Part shown: piece after piece, positions 12,696 to 23,330 of the stretch
How the letters are laid out: every line of letters starts with the position of its first letter
Position numbering within the stretch: position 1 is the first letter of the stretch
From: Cladosporium halotolerans
Taxonomy: Eukaryota
Reading direction: 5' to 3'
DNA: 64,000 nt
NCBI RefSeq assembly: GCF_011745625.1
Contig: NW_027191457.1
Coordinates: 682,001-746,000 of the forward strand
Program-made: the position numbers and the translations under genes
Notes under the pieces: generated by a model
What the model was told of the DNA's origin: nothing
The model's input: only the letters and a program-made list of their open reading frames with translations
Databases searched by the model: none

Positions 12696-13540
12696 TCAAG
12701 CGCTGCCGGCCGCCTCGACCTTCGCCAGACACTCCTGGAACTCCGACCAGTCGTACATGACGGCCGTCGCCTTGCACTCCTCCGTCAGCTTCTTAGCCAT
12801 CTCGTGCATCTTCCGCTCGCCTTCCTCCTCCCTGTACACGCCTACGTAAGCGATGAGCGGGATGCCCGCGCGCATGGCAGCCGTGGCGCCGGACTTGGAG
12901 TCCTCGACGGTGACGCAGTCCTCGGGCCTGACGCCGAGCTCCCTGCAGGCGTGCAGGTAGATGGCCGGGTCGGGCTTGGAGCTGGGGGGCTTGAGCGAGG
13001 TGGCGGCGGAGTAGACGTGCTGCTCGGGGAAGAAGCGCAGCAGGTCGGTCTTGATGAGGGAGGCGACGACGCGGGGCTTCGCGGACGTCGAGACGACGGA
13101 CATCGGGTAGCCCTGGGCCTTGGCCCACTCGAGCTGCGGCGTCACGCCGCTGCACTCCTCGCACTTCTCCGACAGCTTCTCGATCACCTTGCCCAGCTCG
13201 CGGTCGACGTAGTCGTCGACTTCGTCCTGGGGCATGGAGAAGCTGTGCTTCTTCTGCAGCCCGAGCAGCATGTTGCGGAAGTTGTGGCCGACGAAGTCCT
13301 CGAGGAGGGAGTCGACGTCGTAGCGCGCGTCGATCGAGTGCTTCTCGAGGACTTCGTTGGTGAGCTCGGCGCAGGCCTCGAAGGCGAGGCGCTCGGACTT
13401 GCAGAGCGTGTTGTCGCAGTCGAGGAGGACGTATTTGACCTGGCGTGCGGAAGATTGGCCCGTTAGCGTGCTTGCGTCTAGCTGGCTAACGGCTGCGGCT
13501 AGGGACGCAGCAGAGTCGGTGAGGCGCTTACCTTGCCCAT
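12696..13540 (-). CDS. HAD-superfamily hydrolase (family IA, CbbY/phosphatase-like); micro-exon ATGGGCAAG (13532-13540), intron 13440-13531
   Basis: Spliced N-terminus MGK|VKYVLLDCDNTL (DxDxT motif I); VVSTS (motif II), KPDPAIY and VEDSKSG (motifs III/IV). Confidence 0.9.
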
Positions 13541-14350
13541 GTTGACGGTTGGCGAGGGGAGTGTTTGTGTCTGTCTAGGATAGGCGGGAATTGCGTTCGG
13601 CTGGTGAGTCTTGGGTGTGGAGACTGCGAGAAGTGAAGTGTGGAGAAGCCGGTGAAGGAAAGGATGAGCGTTAAGGGAGGGAGCTCCAATATAAGGAGGC
13701 AGGGCGGGCGGCGCGCGGTTTGCTGGGGCGGGATGCAGTGCAGCAAAGGAAAGAGAGGTCTGTCTGGGAGGGGAGGGACGAGCGTCGATCGATGTGTGCG
13801 CCAGGGTGGGGGTTGGGCGCGGAGGGCGTCTGGCACCACGGCGGCAGGACGCGAAGGGAAGGGTCCAGTCGCTTCCGCCACGTGAAACGTCACTCGCAGC
13901 TCACTTGCCATGCCATGCCATGTCCCGCATCACGCGTGCGTGCGGCGGGCCACCTCACGCAGCAAACCACCCGATATCTCCCATCGCTCGAAACCGACAG
14001 CCCTCAATCCTCCGCCTCGCTTGCACCAGAGCCCACAATAGGTAGTAATCCCACGATAGACCATTCCTCCAATCCCTCGCAACGGCCTAGACGGTAACGC
14101 CCCCCGAAGCTTGACCCCATAGACTCGGGCCGACCATCCTTATGTTCTAGCCCCCAGGGCCCAACGGTACCGCTGCCAACAGCACGTCGGTGCGTGGGTT
14201 TGTTCGTTTCGATGCAACCAGCGGTGCCGCAACTGTGCGAGAGATGACTGCAATCTGCGCACCCTCCGCAGGAGGCCGGCGGTCATAGCATAGCATAGTA
14301 TAGCAAACGGAGCGGAATCGCTTGTCAGAGATAGTTAGGCCAGCCGGGCC

Positions 14351-14385
14351 AGCACAGCACAGCACAGCACAGCACAGCACAGCAC
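14351..14385. repeat. (AGCAC)7 microsatellite
   Basis: Seven perfect copies read directly. Confidence 0.95.
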
Positions 14386-14570
14386 CCAACAGTCATTCAC
14401 AAATATTCAAATCGAACTGAGTAACCCGTGATCAAGAAAAAAAGAAAAAAGAGCAGCGTTGAAAACTTCCATTCCATTCCTTGATTTCCACAAGGGGGGA
14501 AATCAAAAGAACACGCAGGCTGTCGTATCTAGCTAGCATAGCAATTGCATCGCATCGCTCGCTACATCGT

Positions 14571-14595
14571 GAGAGAGAGAGATAGAGAGAGAGAG
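14571..14595. repeat. (GA)n microsatellite, one interruption
   Basis: gagagagagagatagagagagagag. Confidence 0.9.
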
Positions 14596-15456
14596 GGAAA
14601 ACCCCGCGCTTCAGCGCGCATCAATCATGTCAGTTTGATTCTGCCGTTTCAGTCATTCTCATATCCGTCCGTCCGTTTGCCGTTTCCATAGTAAAATCAA
14701 GCCCCCCAGCATAAAAACGCCCTCGATGCCATGTGTCATCATCAGTTTCAGATCAGGTCATCGACAAGGAATCTGGATGAACATGGCCGTTGTCGTCCGT
14801 TTCTCATCATTAGATGGCGGCGAACACTTGTAAAATCAAAAAAAAGCAAAAGAGAGCAAAAAACGTTTTGCCGCCGGTGCGAAGAGACGAGCGAGCCGAG
14901 CCGGAGAGTAAGTACATGCAAGAAAAGCAAAAAAGCGAAGAAGCAACGCAAACAAAAAAGCAAGAAGCGAGGAACAAGGGCTGTTGCCCGGTGCCCATTG
15001 GCGCGATAAAAGGAAGACAACCGCTCCGGACTGGAAGTTTCGTATCGTGAGCCCTTGCGGGCTTTGGGTGGTGGGCCGTTTCGCGTCAAATGTAGCGGAT
15101 GTGTGAGGTCGTCGATGTTCATCTTGTTTGTGCAGAAGCCGTTAAGAGCGTTAAAGATGTGATCCGGATCACTGGCGTGTTTTGTCGTTCGTGATTTATG
15201 TTGCTGACTTCGGCTGAAGCCGTCTGAAATGGCGGCCGTCGTTCGTGCAGCTCCTCAGGCCGGTGAGGGTGGCGGCCAGGCCTTGCTGGTCGTCGGGTTC
15301 GTCTTTGACTGCGTTGGCTGGAGCAGACTTGCTGCTGGTGCCCATTTCGTGGTTTTTCGAGTCGTTGGACTCGGTACGGCTGCTTGGAAGCCCGCAGCTG
15401 TCTGTTGGCTTGCTGTCGCCGAAGTCCGTATTCAAGCTCTGTCCATCGTGTTCATA

Positions 15457-18168
15457 CTAGTTTGCACGAATGACGAGCTTGCTGAGGAACTTTCCGCTGA
15501 GGCTGTCAAAGTCGTCGCGGTCGAACTTGGCGTTCTGGCGGTCCTTGAGGTACGTCTCTGCAGGGGGTGTTAGTAAAGTCGACGTGATATTGTCTGCCCA
15601 TTGCAACTTACCATATTTGTTGACGTGACCCTTGACTTCGGTGAGTGCATCGCAGATGGCAGGGTTGGAGCCAAGCAGGTTGTGGTGCTTGCTGGTGTCC
15701 CACTCCTGAAGACCAGGCAGCTTGGTGGAGATGGCCTGGAACAGACCAACGATGACACCGACCGGAGTGGTCTCCATGTCGTCGCAGAACTTGTTGACGG
15801 CCTGCTCGTCCGGCACGCGGTAGTGGCAGTCGAACTGCATCTCTTCCCAGATGGCGAGGAGGATGGCGGCCAGCATGAAGATCGTGGGCCAGTTCTTGAG
15901 CTTGTCACCAGAGTAGACAGAGCTGTACAGAGAAGAGAGCTCCTCAAGGATGTCCTTCTGCAGCTCGCGCCACATGTCGGCGAGAGCGCACTTGACCTGG
16001 AAGTTGATCATCACAGGTGCGACGGTCTTTCCGCTGAACTTGCTGTCGGGATCGTCGATACGGCCAACGAACTGCTCCTCGTCGGAGAGACCCTCGACCA
16101 TGGTGATGTGGACAGTCAGGTTGTAGGCGAGGACAAGCTTGAGTGCCTTGCGGATGGACGGAGTCTTCTCCTTCTCGTAGTAGCGGTAGGCCGTCTTGAG
16201 GATCTCAGTGATGAAAGCAGTGCCCTCGAAGTAGTCATCGACGAAGTTCTCGAAGCCTTGGTCAAGGTGGCGGTCAAGGTACTCAGACAGCAGAGTGGTG
16301 CTGACACCCTCCATGCCAGCGGAAAGCTTGGCGGTGGTGAGCTCGTACTGGTTGAGCGTCTGAGACTCGACCCAGTCGACGTCGAAGCACTTGTCTTCCC
16401 TGACGAACACCTCACGGGCGTTGATGGGAAGGTAGTGACCATAGCCGTGGGTGATGTAGAGAGTACGCTCCATGGTGCTGAAGCCCTTAATGTTATTAAC
16501 GCTGAAGCCCAGGCTGACGTGTCTCTCGTAGTCGGCCTTCCAGTCCTTCATGAAGTAGCCGATGTCCTTGATGTCGAGACGAGTGCAAGGAACTTGCCAC
16601 AGACGGGCGTGGCTGGGCCTGCAACCGCCACAAGGCTCTCCCTTGTCGCAAGTCTTCTTGAGGAACTTGCAGCGCAGGCAGGCACGGAGTTTGCGGATCT
16701 CATGCGCTTGCTGCCTCTGGTCGGGCCTGAGTGGACCGCGTCTTCGGCCAATCTTCTTCTCGGCACTGGAGTCCTTCCTGCTGGTAGGAGACTTCTTCAC
16801 AATCGCCTTGGTAACCTTGGCGGTGCTCTCAGACGGCGACTTACGACGGCGAAGAGGAGGCGACGTCGGGCCAGACGAAGTAGGCGAAGTCGAGGACGAG
16901 CCAGCAGAAGCGTAGGACAGAGCAACAATGCCTGCAGTAGGGCTGACAGCCAGCGACGACGACGAGGTAGGCGATGATTGCGGGACGCCACGCTCCTGCG
17001 CGATGCCGAAACCTTGTGATTGCAGGTATTGGGCGTCGATGTAGTCTTGGCTGTGGAATTCGTCGTGAGGCGAGCTCAGCGGCCAGGGAGGAATCTCTTC
17101 GTAGCTGCCGGAGAGGTAAGAGGCCGAGTGGGGTCCGTCTGATGATGAGTCCGAGTTGGTCCGGATGTGAAGGTTTTGGCTCGGATTTGAGACGGTGCCA
17201 CTGAATGAGTCGAGCGACTGCCTGTGGGGGTTGAAGTTGATCGCAGACCATTCGTTGTCCGAGAGTGATTGGACCTCGAGGATGGTGCCGGTGGGCGAGC
17301 TGCCGGGGACGCTCGAGTGGGCCGAGTCAGCAGCGTGCTGGTTGAGGGCGTTTTGCAGGCTCAGGCTGAACGAGTTGCCGAGATCATTCTGGTAGTCGTT
17401 CAGAGGGTAGGCGAGAGCGTTCATCGACTCCATCGGGCCGGCCATAGACATGAAGCCGTTGGCGCTGATGCCAGTCGTAGCAGCGGCGTAGTTCTCGGAA
17501 GCGGACACGGGCATGAAGTCCACGGGCGAGGCCTGCAGCTGACCAGAGAAGGCGCCGAGGTTGTAGGTGTTGAGCGGTAATGATGAAGACTCCGGGGAGT
17601 ATTGTTGTTGTTGTGCCTGGTGCTGCTGTTGCTGCTGTTGTTGCGCCTGGAAGGCGGCGGCCTGCTGGAACTGAAATTGCCAGTCGGTGGGCATCAGGGT
17701 GGAGTAGTCCATGTTCAGGCCAGCCGTCTGGAGGTTGTTCACCTGCGCAGGATGAGCATGGTTGCTGCTTGGCCTGCTGGAATGGGGTTGCTGCTGCTGT
17801 TGGTGCTGCGGGATGGCGGACTGCTGAGGAAGCATCTGGCGGTGATGACTTGAGGAGGCGGCGTGGGGCAGATATTGGTGCTGGTGGTGATGCGAGTGGT
17901 GGTGCTCAGGCGTGTGCTGCTGCTGCTGCTGCTGCTGCTGATGTTGCGGATGCTGACACGAGTGCGAGTGGTGATGCGAGTGCTGTGGGTGAGACAATCC
18001 TTCGTTCTCCATCGCGGCCTCGATGCTCAGGTGGTGGTGCCAGAGCTGGGGCTGATGGGGGAAGGCGAAGGAGGGATATGACTGCGGGCGGTGATCGTCG
18101 GTAGGGTCGAGGTAGGCGGCGGTGAAGTCGAGCAGGGCGTCCTGCTGGGAGAAGTCGAGATTTTCCAT
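15457..18168 (-). CDS. Zn(II)2Cys6-type transcription factor with Gln/His-rich N-terminus; in-frame intron 15558-15611
   Basis: RACLRCKFLKKTCDKGEPCGGCRPSHARLWQVPC six-Cys cluster after a basic NLS-like segment; first in-frame ATG at 18168; intron GTAAGT...CTAAC...CAG. Confidence 0.87.
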   Translation of the reverse strand: MENLDFSQQDALLDFTAAYLDPTDDHRPQSYPSFAFPHQPQLWHHHLSIEAAMENEGLSHPQHSHHHSHSCQHPQHQQQQQQQQHTPEHHHSHHHQHQYLPHAASSSHHRQMLPQQSAIPQHQQQQQPHSSRPSSNHAHPAQVNNLQTAGLNMDYSTLMPTDWQFQFQQAAAFQAQQQQQQQHQAQQQQYSPESSSLPLNTYNLGAFSGQLQASPVDFMPVSASENYAAATTGISANGFMSMAGPMESMNALAYPLNDYQNDLGNSFSLSLQNALNQHAADSAHSSVPGSSPTGTILEVQSLSDNEWSAINFNPHRQSLDSFSGTVSNPSQNLHIRTNSDSSSDGPHSASYLSGSYEEIPPWPLSSPHDEFHSQDYIDAQYLQSQGFGIAQERGVPQSSPTSSSSLAVSPTAGIVALSYASAGSSSTSPTSSGPTSPPLRRRKSPSESTAKVTKAIVKKSPTSRKDSSAEKKIGRRRGPLRPDQRQQAHEIRKLRACLRCKFLKKTCDKGEPCGGCRPSHARLWQVPCTRLDIKDIGYFMKDWKADYERHVSLGFSVNNIKGFSTMERTLYITHGYGHYLPINAREVFVREDKCFDVDWVESQTLNQYELTTAKLSAGMEGVSTTLLSEYLDRHLDQGFENFVDDYFEGTAFITEILKTAYRYYEKEKTPSIRKALKLVLAYNLTVHITMVEGLSDEEQFVGRIDDPDSKFSGKTVAPVMINFQVKCALADMWRELQKDILEELSSLYSSVYSGDKLKNWPTIFMLAAILLAIWEEMQFDCHYRVPDEQAVNKFCDDMETTPVGVIVGLFQAISTKLPGLQEWDTSKHHNLLGSNPAICDALTEVKGHVNKYGKLQWADNITSTLLTPPAETYLKDRQNAKFDRDDFDSLSGKFLSKLVIRAN

Positions 18169-19095
18169 GGCGCGTGGGACGAGGGGTTTGCGGGCAATAT
18201 ACTCGGAGGCGAGTTGGCGAGGGCGAGGCGTGCGGAGCTCTTGTCGACGGGTCAGCCGCGGTGGGCAGAGTGGCTCGAGGGGTGGTGGACGCGCTGAAGC
18301 TTGAGACACGCGGTGATCCGGTGCGAGTGGTTCTGCTGGGGGAGTTGCGCGCTCTTGCTGCTACACCGCTGCCCGGAGGACTTGGGTGAAGAGGAGCAGA
18401 TGAGGCGGCGGGCAGTCGCGAGATCGGTGAGGCTGCGCTACAGCTGCAGCGCGAAAGGCGGTATGCACGCTGCCGGCCTAGTCGGCGCTAGACGATCGGC
18501 GGCACCCACTGGTCGACGCAGCACGATGCAACGTCGCGGAGGCGCGCCCGGGGGAGTGGTGAGCAGTGTCGCAGGGTTGTCGTTGTAGTGAGGAGTCTGA
18601 CAGCACAGTGGAGATTGTATGCGAGCGCGTGGTTGTATTGATATTCTCAAGGTCAGCAACGCGCCGCAGACGGCAGGCGCGAGCGGTGTAAGTGAAATGA
18701 GATCTACCGTAGGTTGGTCGACGCTGGCAGGGTCGGGTGCGCGGGCGAGTGCAGGGTCTCCGGGCCTGGCGCGTCTCGTCTGGCTCGGGATGGTGGGGCA
18801 GGCGGCGCTAAGCGGGCAGCCAGCCATCCGCGCACGAAAAGGCAGGCGGCGGCCTGGAGGCGGTGAGCGCCTGCACCCGCCCTCGTGCCCACTTGCATCC
18901 ACCCGCGCGCGACGCCCATTCGCCCGCCACGCCTTCACACCCGCCACAGCCCACCACTCGCGTTGGCACTCACGTTGGCACCCATCTATACACCTATACC
19001 CTCGACACGCCGCAATAGCACCTACATAAACCCCTCGCGCACCCCACCCACGGCTCCGATCCAGCCTCGCCAATGTCACGCGTCCGGCGAGCACT

Positions 19096-19133
19096 TGCAC
19101 ACTGCACACTGCACACTGCACACTACACACTGC
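19096..19133. repeat. (TGCACAC)n 7-bp tandem repeat, about 5 copies
   Basis: tgcacac x4 followed by tacacac tgc. Confidence 0.9.
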
Positions 19134-19227
19134 CTAAACTCCCGCTACGGGTTATAGGCGACAGCCTTTCCAGCGATCTCCCTCGCCCAGCCGCGGCTCT
19201 GCAATAGCACGGATAATAATCCCGCCC

Positions 19228-19251
19228 GCCGCCGCCGCCGCCGCCGCCGCC
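19228..19251. repeat. (GCC)8 microsatellite, intergenic
   Basis: Read directly. Confidence 0.9.
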
Positions 19252-20988
19252 CCGAGCCCGTCAATCTGCCGCCGCCAGCCCACGATTAGAGTCTTACTAC
19301 CAGCCTGACCAGGTAGGTCTTCCCTCGCCGCGACTCGCCATTCCTCGATCGCCCGCATATGCACGAGTCGGCGTGACCAGCAGCCGCAGCCGCAGCCACG
19401 CCTGGCCGTCATCGAGACCCGCGCGCGCGCGCAAGCAGCGTCTGCCGCGCCAGCCAGCCCATCATCATCATCGTGTCTGCCTGGAAGGCCTTGCAGAATT
19501 AAGGCACGCCGGCGCAGATGGTGTCTCTGCCCAGGCCGCCTGCCCACCCCACTAGATAATCATGCTGAAGGACGAAACCGGGCAGCTCGCGCCGTCTCGG
19601 CCGTCGCGCAGACGGTAGGTGTGTAGTAATAATGGTGTGCCTGTGTGTGCGTGTGTGTGCCACGACACCCGCTTCGCCTGCTGCTGCTGTGTCCTGTGAG
19701 CATCCGCCGCGTGGCTCCAATGATCGCGCGCCGCCCGCTCGTGTGCGTGCTGTAACACCGACAACGCTGCCGCGCACGAGAAGCGCCGTCGCACTCAAAG
19801 CACCCGCCTGAAACCTGGCCGCGGAAACGCGCAGGAGCCTGCTTCTGCTGAAGAGAACCTCCTGCCGTTTTCGTCCGCCCATTATTGTCGATTGTCCCCG
19901 TACGTCGTCGGTTATGTCCGAGTCGCACGCAGCGCTCGAGCAAGGAGAGCGAGAGAGAGAGAGCGCGCGCGCACGCCTGCCTGCCGTACGACTGCCAGCC
20001 ATCCGCGGAGGCGGTGTGGATTACGGCGTGCGCGGCGCGCGCGCGCTCTGTGTGTGTAGAGGCTCCGCGTCCCTTGCGTCTCGACCCGGCATGAAGAAAA
20101 TCCAGCCTGAGGTAGGTAAGCAGTCCCACGGTTCGGGCGAAATGCGACCTACACCAGCTCGAGCCGGAGGGAGGAGGCTGGGAAGCAGGCAGACCGACTG
20201 ACGCAAACTCCACACGGGCATTATTTCTTCGACTCGCGTACGTGCGTGTGCGTGTGCGCTGCAGACCGACCGAATGGGCGGGCGAAGCGAACGCCTAGCG
20301 AGCGCCACCGGGGGCGTTCTGTTCTGTTCTGTCGTCACGATCGAAGTTCTTGCGTGAGCGCTGCTGCCGCTTGCTGCACGACATACGGATTGCGCAAAAG
20401 CTTCGTTCGCTATTTCCAGCCGCCTTCTTCACACCGCCATGTGCTGATGGGTCGACGGGCAGTAGATCCTTGCGTCGACTGTTGAGGCCGAGCGGGGTTG
20501 GACTCGGGCAGGTGGACGGGACGATTCATGGGCTTCTGGGCTTTCAACGGATTGAGTAGGTAGGTAGGGTACCGATGGGTGATCTGTAGATCTCGTTGGG
20601 GTTGAGATGGAGATGTTCGAGGCCTGCTTCGAGTCGAGTTGAGGTGTGAAGGTCGCGATGAAGATCACGTGATATGCTGTTGTAGACGTCTCCAGTTGAA
20701 GTGTATGTCAGCATGGCCGAAGTGTTGGAAGAGTTGCTCTTTGATGAAATTTAACGTCACGAGTCTTCGAAGAAATATTCTCTTCTTGAGGTGATTAGCC
20801 TTAAAACCATTTCCATCAACGGTACTCAAATGGTGCACAATCTTCCGCACAGCATCCTAGAATATTCGTCCTTCCCATGGATCTACAACTCAATGGTGTT
20901 GCACAGCACACCTGATAAGCCCTCTATATAAATCTACAGTTCTACAAACCTCCAAATCAAAACCAACACGCTCCCTTCCCCTCCACCA

Positions 20989-22314
20989 TCAATCCCATCG
21001 CTCCCTCAAAAATCCCCAAGCAACCCACCCCTCCCCCCTCAACCCCCTCCAAAAACTGACCGGCACCAACCACCCCCTCCACCACCCCAAACCCCTCCCC
21101 ACCTCCCCAAGCAACGGCAACGTAACACAAAACCACCCCGCCAACCACCCCAAACTCACAACCCCCCTCTTCCACCCCCTCAACCCCCACCCCATCCCCC
21201 TAACCGCATCCTCAACCAACACCCCCACCCCCTGCACCCCAAAAAACCCCACCACGCACCCCCTCAGCCCCCAAACCCCCCGTCCCCCTCCCACCGGCTC
21301 CGGCTCCGGCGGCACAACCCCCGCATGCACAACCCCACTGCACGCAAACGCACTCGCAACAACCACCGCCCTCCTCCTCCAGCTCCCCCGTTCCCAGCCC
21401 GCAGCCTCCGCGAGCGCGACCCCAGGCCCCGAAACGACCCACCGCATCGTCTGGTGCCAGTAGGCGCCCCAGAAGCCCGCGAGGCCGCGCGAGAGGAGGG
21501 CCGAGGCGGGGCCGAAGTAGGGGGGCTGGGCGTGCGGGCTGAGGGGTGTGGGGAGGAGAGCGAGCGAGGGGAGGGGGAGGAGGGAGGAGATGAGGGCGTG
21601 CGATTGCAGGGCTATGAGCGTGGGGCGGAGGATCGGGGAGGGCAGGGGGAGGTGGTGGAAGGGGTGTGGAGAGGTTAGGGGGGCGGAGGGCGAGGTGAAG
21701 TAGGGGTCTGTGGTTGTGAGGGCGGAGGTGAGGTCGAGGGTTGCGTAGGCGAGGAGGGCGTGGAAGAGGGTGTGGGATAGGAAGGCGGTGCGGGTCGGGG
21801 AGGCGGGGGGACGGGGTTGGTGTTTGTCGTGGGAGGGGTGGGAGATGTGCCAGTTGGAGAGGGTGAGGGAGGTGAGGAGGTTGAGGGTCCAGGGGAGGCG
21901 GGCGCGGAGGGTGGGTGGGTAGGGGGTTGAGGTGTAGGAGTTGTTGTTGGTTGGTCCTGGAGTGGGTTTTGGATCGTGTTGTTGTTTCGTGTGCTGGACG
22001 GTGGTGTTGGAGGCTTGCGCGTTTGGCTTCAATTGAGCGAACTCCGTCCACGGGTCTTTGAAGACGAGAAGGAACAAAGCCCAGAGTAAGATGTCCATAG
22101 TCGGTACGTCAATGCTTCCCATGGCGATCCATGCGTGGATGGTGGAGCCAACGATGACCGGGACGAATATAGCGATGTTTTGCCATCTTGATAGGACGGA
22201 ACGAGGTATGAGCAGCGCTATTGGTAGCAGGATTATCGGCACGAACCAGGAGAGCGATTGAGGGCCTGGAACGATGTGGCGGACGAGATAGTCATAAGTG
22301 AGGTCGATTTTCAT
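20989..22314 (-). CDS. Membrane-bound O-acyltransferase (wax synthase/MBOAT_2 family), 441 aa
   Basis: PPYFG...GLAGFWGAYWHQ and AFACSGVVHAG (catalytic His) motifs; multiple TM segments. Confidence 0.82.
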   Translation of the reverse strand: MKIDLTYDYLVRHIVPGPQSLSWFVPIILLPIALLIPRSVLSRWQNIAIFVPVIVGSTIHAWIAMGSIDVPTMDILLWALFLLVFKDPWTEFAQLKPNAQASNTTVQHTKQQHDPKPTPGPTNNNSYTSTPYPPTLRARLPWTLNLLTSLTLSNWHISHPSHDKHQPRPPASPTRTAFLSHTLFHALLAYATLDLTSALTTTDPYFTSPSAPLTSPHPFHHLPLPSPILRPTLIALQSHALISSLLPLPSLALLPTPLSPHAQPPYFGPASALLSRGLAGFWGAYWHQTMRWVVSGPGVALAEAAGWERGSWRRRAVVVASAFACSGVVHAGVVPPEPEPVGGGRGVWGLRGCVVGFFGVQGVGVLVEDAVRGMGWGLRGWKRGVVSLGWLAGWFCVTLPLLGEVGRGLGWWRGWLVPVSFWRGLRGEGWVAWGFLRERWD

Positions 22315-23226
22315 CGGAAGCCTGATGATCGTTGCAACTGTTCGATTGAGGAAGTCGTTCGGGATTTGGGATTTACCAATTGTTCAAAAGGTCCTTAACA
22401 AGGAATGTGATTCAGGAAAAGTATCTTGTCAGGTGTCAACCACACCAAGGACGTTGCCTCCGCCTTCAACAAATCGACTGTGCCAGTCACGTGCTCGTGT
22501 TGATGACGTATTCGTTTCCTCGAGACGATCGAAGATATGAAAGAGGATATCAAAAGCGCCATTACATGAAGCTGCGCATGGAGAATGGAAGTAGCATCAT
22601 GATTTACAGATGGTCTCCCTTCTCTTCACATACGCGATTAGGCGATAGATGTAAGAGATGGGCAAAAAAGCTGGCTCAATCGAAAAGCTGCCGGTTCGTG
22701 ACCCCTGTTCGAGTTGCTTGGCAGGGCAGGGCATTTCACTTGCCCAAGCTCTGCCACCATCGTAACTCCTCCAGACACAGTTTCCAGAGGCCAAGCCAGC
22801 TCGCATCTGCGAATATTGACAGTACGATGTTTAACGGCTGTCTTCTGCGCTGAAGGAACCGAATCAGACTTAGGTCCGGACGACAGCGGAGCAGCTTGGT
22901 GGTGAGTTGCGCCGCGTGGCTGACAATGCTCACCACGGGAGGATCAATCTGCGCTCTTCACGGCTAGGTGAAATGCGCCTTTTTCTCCGATTCCGAAGGA
23001 TTGCATGAACCAGAACTTCTCACAGGCTATGTGTCTCTATGTTGATTGGTCGGTAAGTGTCAGCCTGCTTTCTACGGAACCGGACCGCGTTCAATCCCCG
23101 TCTCCGACCTTCCATTGTTTGAGCGATACTCCAGACGTCGGAACGGAACAACAAGAGCATCAATGTCGAAGCCGCTCGAAAAATGCACTTGGACAGACAG
23201 ATTGCGAACGGACTTGGGTCTCCAGG

Positions 23227-23233
23227 TATAAAT
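23227..23233 (+). promoter_or_regulatory. Candidate TATA box of the NmrA-like gene
   Basis: TATAAAT about 100 bp upstream of ATG 23331, followed by a pyrimidine-rich tract. Confidence 0.5.
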
Positions 23234-23330
23234 TGCCCCTCGGTGAGGCTTGGATTTCTTCCTGTCTCATTCATCTCTCGAGCAATCTAAACAAGTATCA
23301 CCCAACCCGTGTCCTACTCTACGTACAGAT

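Noticed and set aside
15601..16977. 458-aa + strand ORF antisense to the Zn2Cys6 gene
   Set aside because: Antisense shadow; no recognisable domain
18169..18309. N-terminal extensions in the ORF track (also 718-885, 23250-23330, 32832-33050, 43141-43317)
   Set aside because: Mostly non-ATG starts, or they would bury a signal or targeting peptide; the downstream ATG fits the family N-terminus better
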